Assembly (NCBI GenBank): GCA_046484865.1
Contig: JAWOID010000029.1
Location: forward strand, 19,922-83,921
DNA from: Candidatus Krumholzibacteriia bacterium
Lineage (GTDB): Bacteria > Krumholzibacteriota > Krumholzibacteriia > LZORAL124-64-63
DNA length: 64,000 nt
Reading direction: 5' to 3'
How positions within the stretch are numbered: position 1 is the stretch's first letter; each line of letters begins with the position of its first letter. A model generated the notes under the pieces. It worked only from the letters and a program-made list of their open reading frames with translations, had not been told where the DNA came from and ran no database searches. This document shows, one piece after another, positions 41,884 to 52,192 of the stretch. The position numbers and the translations under genes were made by a program.

Positions 41884-44800
41884 ATGCTCGGGTTCTCAAG
41901 GCACAAGGCACTCGTGTTCGTGCTGGCCGCCGTCGCGACCTTCCCGGCCTCGGCCGGCGGCGGCTCGTCCGCCCGTGCGCCCGAGGCGGCGGCTCGCCCC
42001 GGAGCGATCGCCGCACCCCTGTCGCCGCTGCTCTATGCGATCCTCGAGCGCCCCACGCATCCGGCCTGGGACGCCGGCGGTCGCGTGCCCGTCTGGGTCT
42101 ACCTCGAGGACCGCGGTCTCGATCCGGCGGGCCGTGCCGCCGCGCTCGACGCGGCCGCGGCCCAGCTCCCGGAACGGACGGCCCGCCGCCGGGCCAAGAT
42201 GGCGGACGCCGCGGGCGCCCGGCCGCCGCGCGTCGGCGACAACCGTCCCGGAACCGTGATCGCCCCCTCGGGGGCGGCGGTGCCCCGGCGAGAGGTCGTC
42301 GACCTGCGCGACCTGCCCCTGGCGCCCCGCTACCTGGACGCGCTGCGTGCCACCGGCGCGGAACTGCGCCAGACCAGCCGCTGGCTCAACGCCGCGAGCT
42401 GCGATGCCACCCCCGAGCAGATCCAGGCGATCGCCTCGCTGCCGTTCGTGCAGCGCGTGACGCTGGTGCGGCGACTGCGGCGGACGCCGCGGCCGCCCGT
42501 GAGCGCCCCGGACGCCGGCAAGTCCGGGGCGGACACCACCTGGAGCCTCGATTACGGCGCCAGCCGGGCTGTGCTCGAGCAGATCGCGGTGCCTCCGGTC
42601 CACGAGCTGGGCCTCGCGGGCGCCGGCGTCCTGGTGGGGGTGCTCGACACCGGATTCCGCACCACCCACGGCGCTCTGGACCATCTGCCCGTGCTGGCGA
42701 CGTACGATTTCGTCAACAGTGATCCCGTGGTGGACACCGAGGACGGCGATCCGTCGCTGGCGCACAGCCACGGCACCCGCGTCCTGTCGGCCCTGGGCGG
42801 CCGCGCGCCCGGCGAACTGATGGGGCCGGCCCACGCGATCGCGGTGGTGCTCGCCAAGACCGAGGACGTGGCCGACGAGCAGCCCGTGGAGGAGGACTAC
42901 TGGGTCGCGGGTCTCGAGTGGTCGGAGATCCTGGGTGCGGACGTGGTCTCCAGCAGCCTGGCCTACCACGACTGGTACGAGTTCGGCGACCTCGACGGCG
43001 ATACCGCTCCGACCACGGTGGCCGCGCGCATGGCCGCCGCCGCCGGCGTGGTGGTGGTGAACGCCGCCGGGAACGATCGTCTGAGCGCCTGGGGTCACAT
43101 CAGCGCCCCCGCCGATGCGGACAGCATCGTCGCCGTGGGAGCGGTGGACGGAGCCGGCGACGTGGCCTGGTTCTCGTCTCCGGGACCGACCGCGGACGGT
43201 CGCATCAAGCCCGAGGTGGCGGCGCCGGGAGTGTCGGTGCCCGTGGTGAGCCCCGACGACGACACGACCTACGGCGTGGCGTCGGGCACGTCGCTCAGCT
43301 GTCCGCTGGTGAGCGGGGTGGCCGCGCTGATGCTGGAGCGGGCGCCGGGACTGACGCCCATGCAGGTGCGCGAGGCCCTGCTCGCCACCGCGAGCCAGGC
43401 CACCGCGCCGGACAACGACCTCGGCTGGGGCGTGGTGAACGCGCTGGCGGCGGTGCTCTACTGGGGACCGCACCTCCAGCATGACCCGATCGCCGACACC
43501 CCTGGCGGATCCGGCCCGTACCCGGTCGCCTTGACCGCGCACAGCCGGGCGCCGCTGGCGCCGGCCTCCCTGCAGGTCCACTACCGGGTGGATGATGGCG
43601 GGTGGCAGCAGGCCGCGATGACTGCGGTGTCGGACTCGGTGTTCGCCGGCGTCATCCCGGAGCAGGCCGGCGGTTCGGTGGTGAGCTATTTCCTGGAGGC
43701 GGCCGATGTCCAGGGGACCTCGACGCGGCTCCCCTGGGCGGCGCCGGACAGCGTGCTGAGCTTCCTCGTGCAACCCGTGCCGGCATCCGTCCTGATCATC
43801 GACGATGGCGGGCAGCCGGTTTCCGTGCCTTCGCCGCCGGATCCCGCCGACGACCACGGGACGTCCCGCCGCCACGCCGCGGCGATGGAGACGCGGATCC
43901 TGGCCGAAGGGTCGCGGGCCTCCGCCGACGTCGAGAACTCGGCGCCACAGGTGGAGCAGTGGCTCACCGAGGCCGGCCACGTGGTGACCACCGTGGCATC
44001 CGGGGGGCTGACCGCCGAGCATTTCACGGACACCGATCTCGTGGTGCTGGCCTGCGGGGCGAACGCTCTGCCGGTGGCCGACGCTCCGGTGCGCCAGCTG
44101 ATCATCGACTGGGTGCGGGCGGGCGGTTCGCTGCTCGTGGAAGGGGGCGAGATCGGCTATGACGCCTGCGTCTTCCCGGGCTACCCCGAGTTCGCCGCCG
44201 AGGTGCTCCACGCCGACACGTGGATCATCGACGACGGTGGCCACCTCCTGACCGTGCCCGGCCGTGATGACCACCCGCTCCTGAAGGGCCCCTGCGTGGT
44301 GGCTCCGCCCGTGGCGCTGGCGTTCACCGGTTACGGTGATCAGGACGTCGTCCTGCCGCGAGCCGATGCCATCAGCGTTCTGGCCCCGGCCAGCTTCCCC
44401 AGTGCGGCGGGAGCTTTGGTTCACGACCCGACGCCGCCCCCGGAGGGCGCTGCCATCGTCTACCTCCCGTTCAGCCTGACCGCGGTGGCGGATGCGCAGC
44501 AGGCGCGGGCGCTGGTGGTGAACGCAGCAGCCCTGCTGCTGGCGGAGGAGCCGGAGCCGGACGCCGCCGTGGCGGGAAGGGTGCGGGTGGCCGGCACGAC
44601 CGACTTCTCGGGGGTGACCATCGCGGCGGCGAGCGGATCGGCGACACTGTCCGCCGCCGACGGCAGCTACCTGCTGGCGGGTCTGTACCCCGGAGTGCAG
44701 ACGATCACCGCCACCCACGACGGCAACGCTCCCCAAGGGGTGGTGGTGGAACTGTCGCCGGGCGAGCTGCGGCTAGGCGTGGACTTCTTCCTGCCGGCCC

Positions 44801-45516
44801 TGCTCGTGGACAGCTACTTCGCTGCACCGGAAGCGGCCATCCCCGATGCGGACACGACCGGACTGGTCAGCACGATCGAGGTTCCGCCGGGCGGGAGCTT
44901 CGGTACCGACGGTCCGCTGCTCTCCGTGAGCGTCGGGGTCGACATCAGCCACGCCTGGGTGGGCGAACTGCGGGTCGAACTCACCGGTCCGGACGGAACC
45001 CGGATCGTCCTGCACAACCGCAGCGGCGGCGGTGCACAGGGGCTCGTCGGCACCTGGCCCGACGACCTGTCCGTCGATGGTCCCGGCAGTCTCGCCGATT
45101 TCGAGGGCAAGCACGCGGCGGGCATCTGGACGCTCTTCGTCTGGGACAATCTTCCGGGTAACACGGGGCTGCTGCACTCGTGGTCCTTGCACCTGCAGCT
45201 GGCGGACCCGGTCACGGCCGTGGAGTCTACGGCGCCGCGGGCGGATCGTCTGCTGGGCAATGCGCCCAATCCATTCAACCCGCGGACCACCCTCCGCTTC
45301 GAGCTGGCTCGCGCGGGGACGGTGGAGCTGGCGGTCTTCGACGCGCGCGGGCGGCTGGTGCGGCAGTTGCTATCCGGCGAGTTGCCGTCCGGCTCCCACG
45401 CGGTCCTCTGGGACGGCTGCGATGCCGCCGGCCGGCCAGCGGGCAGCGGCACCTATCTGGCGCTGCTGCGGACCGCCGAGGGCCGCGACCGCCACAAGAT
45501 GCTCCTCGTGCGCTAG
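41884..45516 (+). CDS. Secreted S8 subtilisin-like peptidase with carboxypeptidase-regulatory-like, P-domain and FlgD/T9SS-like C-terminal domains
   Basis: Catalytic VLDTG / HGT / GTSLS; IKPEVAAPG; HAWVGELRVELTGPDG...GIWTLFVWD (P-domain); NAPNPFNPRT...WDG...SGTY...KMLLVR. Confidence 0.92.
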   Translation: MLGFSRHKALVFVLAAVATFPASAGGGSSARAPEAAARPGAIAAPLSPLLYAILERPTHPAWDAGGRVPVWVYLEDRGLDPAGRAAALDAAAAQLPERTARRRAKMADAAGARPPRVGDNRPGTVIAPSGAAVPRREVVDLRDLPLAPRYLDALRATGAELRQTSRWLNAASCDATPEQIQAIASLPFVQRVTLVRRLRRTPRPPVSAPDAGKSGADTTWSLDYGASRAVLEQIAVPPVHELGLAGAGVLVGVLDTGFRTTHGALDHLPVLATYDFVNSDPVVDTEDGDPSLAHSHGTRVLSALGGRAPGELMGPAHAIAVVLAKTEDVADEQPVEEDYWVAGLEWSEILGADVVSSSLAYHDWYEFGDLDGDTAPTTVAARMAAAAGVVVVNAAGNDRLSAWGHISAPADADSIVAVGAVDGAGDVAWFSSPGPTADGRIKPEVAAPGVSVPVVSPDDDTTYGVASGTSLSCPLVSGVAALMLERAPGLTPMQVREALLATASQATAPDNDLGWGVVNALAAVLYWGPHLQHDPIADTPGGSGPYPVALTAHSRAPLAPASLQVHYRVDDGGWQQAAMTAVSDSVFAGVIPEQAGGSVVSYFLEAADVQGTSTRLPWAAPDSVLSFLVQPVPASVLIIDDGGQPVSVPSPPDPADDHGTSRRHAAAMETRILAEGSRASADVENSAPQVEQWLTEAGHVVTTVASGGLTAEHFTDTDLVVLACGANALPVADAPVRQLIIDWVRAGGSLLVEGGEIGYDACVFPGYPEFAAEVLHADTWIIDDGGHLLTVPGRDDHPLLKGPCVVAPPVALAFTGYGDQDVVLPRADAISVLAPASFPSAAGALVHDPTPPPEGAAIVYLPFSLTAVADAQQARALVVNAAALLLAEEPEPDAAVAGRVRVAGTTDFSGVTIAAASGSATLSAADGSYLLAGLYPGVQTITATHDGNAPQGVVVELSPGELRLGVDFFLPALLVDSYFAAPEAAIPDADTTGLVSTIEVPPGGSFGTDGPLLSVSVGVDISHAWVGELRVELTGPDGTRIVLHNRSGGGAQGLVGTWPDDLSVDGPGSLADFEGKHAAGIWTLFVWDNLPGNTGLLHSWSLHLQLADPVTAVESTAPRADRLLGNAPNPFNPRTTLRFELARAGTVELAVFDARGRLVRQLLSGELPSGSHAVLWDGCDAAGRPAGSGTYLALLRTAEGRDRHKMLLVR

Positions 45517-45556
45517 CAAGTGGCAGGCGGCCGGGGCGCGGCCGGACTGCGGGGCG

Positions 45557-45586
45557 TTGACCCCGGGCGCCGCTCTCGCCTACAGT
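45557..45586 (+). promoter_or_regulatory. Putative sigma70 promoter of radA-ispD
   Basis: TTGACC-N18-TACAGT. Confidence 0.5.
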
Positions 45587-45643
45587 GGGCCCGCGCAGGC
45601 GACCGCCGGCCCCGCGACACCTCTCCCGGACAGGAAGCCACCC

Positions 45644-47386
45644 GTGGCACGAAGCAGCAACAAGTACGTCTGCACCGAGTGCGGCCACGACGAGATCCGC
45701 TGGCTCGGGCGCTGCCCCATGTGCGGGCTGTACAACACGCTCGTCGAGTTTCGCGCGGCCACGGCGCCTGAGGGTCACCGCGGCGCCCGCGGTTTCCGTT
45801 CGGCGGGCGGCCCCGAGCGGCTGGCCGGATTCGGTGCCACCGGTGGCGCGCCCGCTGCGACCGGCGGTGGGCGCAGCGGCGCACGGAGCGTCTCTGCCGC
45901 CGGTGGCAGGTCCGGCGCGAACGCCGCCGGCCCGGCCGGCGCCGGGAACGGCGCCGGGGAGGAGACCCTCGTTCCCCTGGCCCGGGTGGCGTCGGCCCAC
46001 GGGCATCGCCTGGCCGTCGAGCCGGAGGAGATCGCGCGCGTCCTCGGCGGAGGCCTGGTGGAGGGATCCGTGGTGCTGCTGGGCGGCGAGCCCGGCGTGG
46101 GCAAGTCCACCCTGCTCACCGGTCTGGCGCTTCGCTGGACGCGCGACGGCGTGCGCGTGATCTACGTGGCCGGCGAGGAGTCGCCCGCCCAGATCCGCAT
46201 GCGCGCCGAACGCATGGGTTTCCGGCCGGGCGACGAGGACGGGTTCCTCGTGCTGCCGGAGGTACGGCTGGAAACCGTCGTGGAGGCCGTGTACGGCGAG
46301 CGCCGCCGGCAACTCGAGGCGGCTGCCGCCGCAGCCGACGCGGCTGGCGGGGCGGGCGGCACGGCAGGCGGCCCGGCAGGCAGGGCGGCAGGCAGCGCGG
46401 CGGGCGGGACGACAGGCGGCGCGGCCCGGCTCCCGGGCTGCGTGGTCATCGTCGACTCCATCCAGACCCTTCACAGCGACCAGGTGGACGCCTACCCGGG
46501 CAGTCCCACGCAGCTGCGCTACTGCGCCGGCGTGCTGGCCGACGTGGCGCGGCAGAGCGCATGTCCGGTGTTCCTGGTGGGCCACGTGACCAAGTCCGGC
46601 GAGCTGGCCGGTCCCAAGCTGCTGGAGCACATGGTCGACACGGTCCTCTACTTCGAGGGGACCGGCGGCGCCAGCATCCGCCTGGTGCGGGCGGTCAAGA
46701 ATCGTTTCGGCACCACCGGCGAACTGGCTGTCCTCGAGATGCGCAGCGACGGACTGGTGCCGGTGGAGGAAGCCGGGGCCCTGTTCCTCAGCGGCCGGCG
46801 CGGGTGCGAGCCGGGCTCCGCCGTCTGCGCCGTGCGCAACGGCTCGCGAACGTTCCTGGTGGAGGTGCAGGCGCTGGTGTCGCCGTCGCGCTACGGTACC
46901 CCCCAGCGGGTGGTCCAGGGCGTGGACAGCAAGCGCGTGGCGCTGCTGGCGGCCATCCTCGAGAAGCGGGCGGGTCTCGACCTGGCCGGCTGCGACCTCT
47001 TCGTGAAGGTTGCCGGTGGCGGTCGCGTGGACGACCCGGCCGCCGACCTCGCCATCATGACGGCGCTGGCGTCATCGCTGCGGGAGGTGCCGGTGCCGGC
47101 CGACACCCTCGTCCAGGGCGAGGTGGGGCTCACCGGCGAGGTGCGTGGAGCCGCCGATCAGGCCGACCGCCTGCGCGAGGCCGCCCACCAGGGGTTTCGG
47201 AGGGCGGTGGTGGCGCGCTCGTCGCGACGGCTGCGTCCGCCGCGTGGACTGGAACTGGTCGCGGTCACCAGCGCCGAGGAGGCGGTGGCTCTGGCCCTGG
47301 ACGGCGGCGTCGCGGCGGGCTCGCGACGCCGCACCCGGCGCGAGCCGAGCAGCGGACCCGAACCGATGTCGGAGAGCGAAGCATGA
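45644..47386 (+). CDS. radA: DNA repair protein RadA/Sms
   Basis: CTECG...GRCPMC, GGEPGVGKST, VDSIQT, GHVTK, KNRFG, GEVGLTGEVR. Confidence 0.96.
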   Translation: MARSSNKYVCTECGHDEIRWLGRCPMCGLYNTLVEFRAATAPEGHRGARGFRSAGGPERLAGFGATGGAPAATGGGRSGARSVSAAGGRSGANAAGPAGAGNGAGEETLVPLARVASAHGHRLAVEPEEIARVLGGGLVEGSVVLLGGEPGVGKSTLLTGLALRWTRDGVRVIYVAGEESPAQIRMRAERMGFRPGDEDGFLVLPEVRLETVVEAVYGERRRQLEAAAAAADAAGGAGGTAGGPAGRAAGSAAGGTTGGAARLPGCVVIVDSIQTLHSDQVDAYPGSPTQLRYCAGVLADVARQSACPVFLVGHVTKSGELAGPKLLEHMVDTVLYFEGTGGASIRLVRAVKNRFGTTGELAVLEMRSDGLVPVEEAGALFLSGRRGCEPGSAVCAVRNGSRTFLVEVQALVSPSRYGTPQRVVQGVDSKRVALLAAILEKRAGLDLAGCDLFVKVAGGGRVDDPAADLAIMTALASSLREVPVPADTLVQGEVGLTGEVRGAADQADRLREAAHQGFRRAVVARSSRRLRPPRGLELVAVTSAEEAVALALDGGVAAGSRRRTRREPSSGPEPMSESEA

Positions 47387-48123
47387 CCCCTGGCGAGAGC
47401 TTGCCGCCCATCCACCTGATCGTCCTCGCCGGTGGCCGCAGCACTCGCGCCCGCCATGGCGACGCCACCGCGCCCAAGCAGTTCCGGTACGTGGGCCGGC
47501 GGATGCTCTTCATGATCGCGGTGCAGGAGCTGCTGGAGGTGCCTGAGGTGGTCTCGCTCACCGTGGCCGTGCCCGACCCATGGCGCGCGGTGGCGGAGAT
47601 CGTGCTGGACGAGCAGAAGCTGCGATGTCCGGTGCAACTGGCGTCGGCCGGTCCCCACCGCACTGCTTCCACCTGGAATGCCCTGCAAGCGGTGGCGCAG
47701 GGCCTCGGACCGGAGCCCGATCACCTGGTGGCCATCCACGATGCGGCGCGTCCGTTCGCCTCGCATCACCTGCTGCGCCGGGTGGCCGCCGCGGCCACCT
47801 CGGGCGAGGGCGGCGCGGTGCCCGGGGTGGCGGTCGCCGACACGATCGTCCAGCTCGTGGACGGTCCGGACGAGAGCGCGGCTGCCGCCACGTACCTGGA
47901 GCGCTCGGTGCTGCAAGCGGTGCAGACGCCCCAGGTGTTCCGCTGGGAGCCGCTCCTGGCGGCTCATCGCTGGGCCGACGAGCACCGCCAGCCGTTCACG
48001 GACGACGGCGGTCTGATGGCGGCCCGCGGGTTGCCGCCGCTCGTCGTCATGGGAGAGCAGGAGAACTGGAAGATCACCACCGAGGACGACTGGGACCGCG
48101 CCGAAACCCTGCTCTGCCGGTAG
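47383..48123 (+). CDS. ispD: 2-C-methyl-D-erythritol 4-phosphate cytidylyltransferase
   Basis: LAGGRSTR...PKQF, IHDAARPF, VQTPQVF, FTDD, NWKITT. ATGA overlap with radA. Confidence 0.88.
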   Translation: MTPGESLPPIHLIVLAGGRSTRARHGDATAPKQFRYVGRRMLFMIAVQELLEVPEVVSLTVAVPDPWRAVAEIVLDEQKLRCPVQLASAGPHRTASTWNALQAVAQGLGPEPDHLVAIHDAARPFASHHLLRRVAAAATSGEGGAVPGVAVADTIVQLVDGPDESAAAATYLERSVLQAVQTPQVFRWEPLLAAHRWADEHRQPFTDDGGLMAARGLPPLVVMGEQENWKITTEDDWDRAETLLCR

Positions 48124-48197
48124 ACCGGCCCGGCGCCGAGGCGTGGTGACGGACTCCCGAGAGCGTGGACGGACCCCCGGGGTTCGTGGTGCCGGAC

Positions 48198-48887
48198 CTA
48201 GTCGAGGTCCGTGCGCATGGCACCCGTTTCTGGATCGCGGTAGAGCTTCACCTGACGGTACAGCTTCAGGCGCAGCCGGCCGGCGCGGACGTCGTCCAGG
48301 AGTCGGTCCAGGCACTCGGTGAGATCGGCATGCTGCTCGGTGACGCTGCGGACACGTGCATGCAGGAGCTCCAGATCGCGCCGGGCGGTATCCGGTCGGC
48401 CGCGAACCTCGGCCAAAGCTTCCTTCAGGTGGTAGATCTTCAGGGCCAGCACGGTGAGCCGGTCGATGATGCTGCCGGCGCTCTCGCTCGGGAGCGGTGC
48501 CCCAGGGGCCATCAGGCCGGCGTCCACCAGGCCACTGATGATGATCTCGTCGAGCTGGTCCACGGTCCGCACGCGCCGCGCGTTGGAAGCGTCGATGGAC
48601 CGCTTCACCGCCGCCAGCGATGCGTCGTCGGCACCCTGCTGGCGACTGCGGTCCTCCTCGTGCCACTGATAGGTGTTGATGAGTTGCAGCCGTTCGACGA
48701 CGGCGGCCCAGCCCTCGGGCTGGCGGGGCGAGACGGCGTCCTGCGCCGCCTCCCAGTCGGCCTCGCCGGTGACGGCCGCGTGCCAGCGCTCGATCACGTC
48801 CCAGAGGATGGGCTGCACCGAACGTCCGTCGGGAGGGACTCGCCGCGGGTCGGCGTCGCTATGGCTGGGGGGCGGGTCCGCGGACAT
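48198..48887 (-). CDS. DUF4254 family protein
   Basis: NTYQWHEED..R, KRSIDASNARR, SES.GSIIDRLTVLALKIYH, KLYRQVKLY. Start uncertain. Confidence 0.85.
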   Translation of the reverse strand: MSADPPPSHSDADPRRVPPDGRSVQPILWDVIERWHAAVTGEADWEAAQDAVSPRQPEGWAAVVERLQLINTYQWHEEDRSRQQGADDASLAAVKRSIDASNARRVRTVDQLDEIIISGLVDAGLMAPGAPLPSESAGSIIDRLTVLALKIYHLKEALAEVRGRPDTARRDLELLHARVRSVTEQHADLTECLDRLLDDVRAGRLRLKLYRQVKLYRDPETGAMRTDLD

Positions 48888-49022
48888 CGGCTTCTCCGGG
48901 AAAACCCGCGGGGGGAACATCCCGCCCGGGCTGGTGGCAAGGTACACGGGCGCGCGCGGGGGAGCAACACGCGAGAGGCTGCCGCCCGCAGCGGCCGTTC
49001 CCGCCACCGGCTGCGCGCCCGC

Positions 49023-49051
49023 TGGAATCCCGGGCGTCCAGACGCTAACAT
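49023..49051 (+). promoter_or_regulatory. Putative promoter, probably giving a leaderless mRNA
   Basis: TGGAAT-N17-TAACAT, 6 nt before ATG 49058. Confidence 0.5.
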
Positions 49052-49057
49052 GAGGCC

Positions 49058-50194
49058 ATGATCCGCGGACGCCTTCCGACTCCACGTCCGGGACCGGCCA
49101 TCGTCGCGGCGGCCGGTCTCCTCGTGCTGGCCTGCGCCACAGCACCGTCGCCGGCGACGGACGCCGCTCGTGCTGCCGCTCTCGACGACGGGAAGGGTCC
49201 TGTCCGCCTGCACCCGTCCCTTCCCGAGACCCTCACGGTGGAGCATGCCCGCCGCTTCGGGATGTACACCGAGGTGCCCGGACTCGAGCGATTCTGGTTC
49301 CGCCGCGCGCCGTGGGGAGGCTACCTGACGCGGCTGGAGACTCGCGGGCCGGGCGGCCCCCGCCTGCGGGAGCGCAGCGTGCCGCAGGCGCGGTGGCGGC
49401 AGTTCCAGGATCGGGTCGAGGCGGTGCTGGCCGGCGCGTCCCCGCCGGACAGTGCGCTGGCGCCCGCTCCACCCTGGGTGGAGGATCGGCGGACCGGAGC
49501 ACCGGCCGACAGCGTCGCCGCCGGCCGTTCCGGCGGTCGGCTCCAGGTCTGGCCCGAGGCGCCGCTGCCGCCGCAGACGCACGCTGGTGCCCGGCCGGAG
49601 GAGCCGCCGCTCGAGCCGCCGTTCCGGAACCGCTGGCTCTCGCTCCTGGAAGCGGGTTACCGCCACAATATCTCGGACTTCGATGCCTTCTTCACCGGCA
49701 TGCTGCAGTTCGGCCTGGCCTTCGGCTACACGGCCACCGAGCGCCTGGTGCCGTACGCGGCGTTCACGGTGGGATTCGGCGATATCCGCAGCGACTTCGA
49801 GGCGATCGCCGGCGAGGGGCGCGCCAACGCCTACAACTTCGCCCTGGGATCGGTGCTGCGTCAGCCCGTGAGCCGCAGAGGATCGCTGTACGTCGCCGTC
49901 GAGGGCGGCTACTACGTGCGGGCCCTGCAGTGGGGCGGGCTGTTCGAGAATCCGTTCACCGGACAGGTGAGAGAGGGTTACATCCTCGAGCAGCAGCACT
50001 GGGGCGGCGCCGTGCGGCTGGGATTCCTGCGGCAGACCGCCCACGAAGACAAGCTGCGCGCGTGGGACCTGGGCGTCACCCTGCAGCGGACGGCCGCCGA
50101 CCCCTGGGTCTACTTCGACGACGACCGCATCTTCGCTGCCGACGACCAGGACACGTGGCTGGTCGTCTCGCTGCGCTTCTGGGACTCGCTGTGA
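49058..50194 (+). CDS. Hypothetical lipoprotein with probable C-terminal beta-barrel
   Basis: LLVLA-C lipobox, Pro-rich linker, amphipathic strands ending VSLRFWDSL. Confidence 0.6.
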   Translation: MIRGRLPTPRPGPAIVAAAGLLVLACATAPSPATDAARAAALDDGKGPVRLHPSLPETLTVEHARRFGMYTEVPGLERFWFRRAPWGGYLTRLETRGPGGPRLRERSVPQARWRQFQDRVEAVLAGASPPDSALAPAPPWVEDRRTGAPADSVAAGRSGGRLQVWPEAPLPPQTHAGARPEEPPLEPPFRNRWLSLLEAGYRHNISDFDAFFTGMLQFGLAFGYTATERLVPYAAFTVGFGDIRSDFEAIAGEGRANAYNFALGSVLRQPVSRRGSLYVAVEGGYYVRALQWGGLFENPFTGQVREGYILEQQHWGGAVRLGFLRQTAHEDKLRAWDLGVTLQRTAADPWVYFDDDRIFAADDQDTWLVVSLRFWDSL

Positions 50195-50204
50195 GCGCCT
50201 GCGC

Positions 50205-51893
50205 TCACCGGCAGACGCCGGGCGGGTAGTGGAGCGGACGCAGCGACACGTCCCTGCCGGCATACCGGCCCAGCGGGATCGCCTCGCCGGCCGCGACTCC
50301 CGCCTCGGCCTCCCAGCTCCGGGCCGTCAGGACGTCTTGAGCGGAGCCATGCACGTGGTAGGTCGGGCAGATCCCGGCGACGGCCGAGCCTTCGTTCAGG
50401 CCGATGGTGCTGTAGACGGCGGGAATCTGCGTTCCGAGCGCGAAGAACGGCGCCCAGTCGCCGATGATCGCCTGCTCCGGCGGCACGAGTTCCGCCAGGC
50501 GTGCGCGGATGCGGTGCGATTCGTAGTCAGGGGAGAACCAGACCGATCCCGCCAGACCCAGCCCGCCGATCACGGTCAAACCGGCGAGCAGGTGGACCGC
50601 ACCGGGATACAGCCCGTTCTCGATGACCCTGCGCCCGTGCGACAGCCAGCCGGCGACGACCGCCGCCAAAACGGCGAGCGGAAACAGGAATCTCAACGCT
50701 GTCGGTGTCGAGACGCCTGGCTCATCGCCCATGGGCATTCCCGTCAGGGGCAGGACCTGCTCGGCGAACGCCCAGCCGGCGATGAAGATCGCCACCGCCA
50801 GCGGGATCACGCTCGCCGCCGTCGCGACCGGGGTGCGCCGTGGCGGCGGGCCGGTCCTGGCCCTGTCCTCCAGCCAGTGGGCGACCATGAGGATCTGAGC
50901 CGGGACGATCGCCACGACGTAACGCGGCGGCGCGTAGCTCATGAAGCACAGCAGCAGCGGCGTGCCGACGAACGTCGCCGCCACCGCCAGGACGTATGGC
51001 TCGCCGAGCAGCTTTTCGCCCCTCCGCCGGATCAGATCGGCCAGACACCACCACGCTGCGGCGCTGAGCCAGGGTGACAGGGTGATGAGGGGGTTGGCCA
51101 GGAACCGCCGGTAGGCGTCCCCGGCGGAGACCGCGGACACGCGTCTCGTCCAGATCTCCTGCCCGACCACGAGCAGCACGGCGACGCCGGCCAGCGCGAA
51201 CAGGGAGGCGAGCAGGACGGGGCGAGACCGGTGGCGATGGACGAGATGCGCCGCGAGCACGCCGACGGCCGGAACGAAGTAGAGGGGCGCCGACTTCTTC
51301 ACCAGGAAGAACGCCGCCGCGAGCGCCACGGTCATCGCCACGACGCCGAGCCACGGACGGCGGGAGCCCACCTGCCGCACGGCCAGCAGACCGGCAACGA
51401 CGAAGGATCCCATGGCCACCTCGAAAAGGGCGACCCGCGAGAAGAAGAAGAGGAACGGCTCGAGGGCGAGCAGCCCGGCGATCACGAGCAGCTGGACCGT
51501 GGACACGCTCCGGCGATAGGCGGCGAGCACCATGAGCGCGAGCGCCAGGAAATACGCCAGGGCGGTGGCGCGGGCCACCAGCAGGTCGGGTTCGAAGAGA
51601 CGGAAGGTGACGTACAGCAGGCCCTGGGTGAACGGACTCCCGGAGAGCCAGCCGGAGTACTCGTCATGGGGCGACCAGTGCTCGTTGCCGAAGAGCACCA
51701 GGTTGCGCGGACCCAGCGTCTTGTACCCCTCGTCGACCCGCAGGCCGATGTCGCTGGCGGCGAAATCGGACGGCGTGTCCGAGGTGAGGTGAGGCAGTCG
51801 CACCGCGACCAGCGCCAGAGCGATCACGACGACGGCCCACGTGGCCTGAAGGTGCATCCGCGGCCCCCCCCGAGCCTGCGTCTGCACCGGCAT
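50205..51893 (-). CDS. GT-C (ArnT/PMT-like) membrane glycosyltransferase
   Basis: DEG in the first loop (RVDEGY), FSRVALFE, VKKS, PPRY, about 12 TM helices. Alternative start 51857. Confidence 0.75.
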   Translation of the reverse strand: MPVQTQARGGPRMHLQATWAVVVIALALVAVRLPHLTSDTPSDFAASDIGLRVDEGYKTLGPRNLVLFGNEHWSPHDEYSGWLSGSPFTQGLLYVTFRLFEPDLLVARATALAYFLALALMVLAAYRRSVSTVQLLVIAGLLALEPFLFFFSRVALFEVAMGSFVVAGLLAVRQVGSRRPWLGVVAMTVALAAAFFLVKKSAPLYFVPAVGVLAAHLVHRHRSRPVLLASLFALAGVAVLLVVGQEIWTRRVSAVSAGDAYRRFLANPLITLSPWLSAAAWWCLADLIRRRGEKLLGEPYVLAVAATFVGTPLLLCFMSYAPPRYVVAIVPAQILMVAHWLEDRARTGPPPRRTPVATAASVIPLAVAIFIAGWAFAEQVLPLTGMPMGDEPGVSTPTALRFLFPLAVLAAVVAGWLSHGRRVIENGLYPGAVHLLAGLTVIGGLGLAGSVWFSPDYESHRIRARLAELVPPEQAIIGDWAPFFALGTQIPAVYSTIGLNEGSAVAGICPTYHVHGSAQDVLTARSWEAEAGVAAGEAIPLGRYAGRDVSLRPLHYPPGVCR

Positions 51894-52192
51894 GCATCCA
51901 TCCCTCTCGGCTGGCGTGGTTTCCGCGACGATGGCGCGGCTCGTCCGGCATGGTAGCAGAGCGAGCAGGGCGGGGCAAGATACGTCCGGGGGCACAAGGT
52001 TCCCCCGGACGCCGTCGGACCCAGAAACAGCGCGCGACGGGGGCCTTGGCCGTCTCCTCTTGGCGAACCACTTCGGCGATGATACGATATCCGTCCGTAT
52101 GGGCGATCCGGACGGCCCCGCACGTCGGGGCGACGGTCGCTCGGACGTGCCGCCCGAAGCCGACACCCCTGACTCCCCGTGAGGGCTGGACG

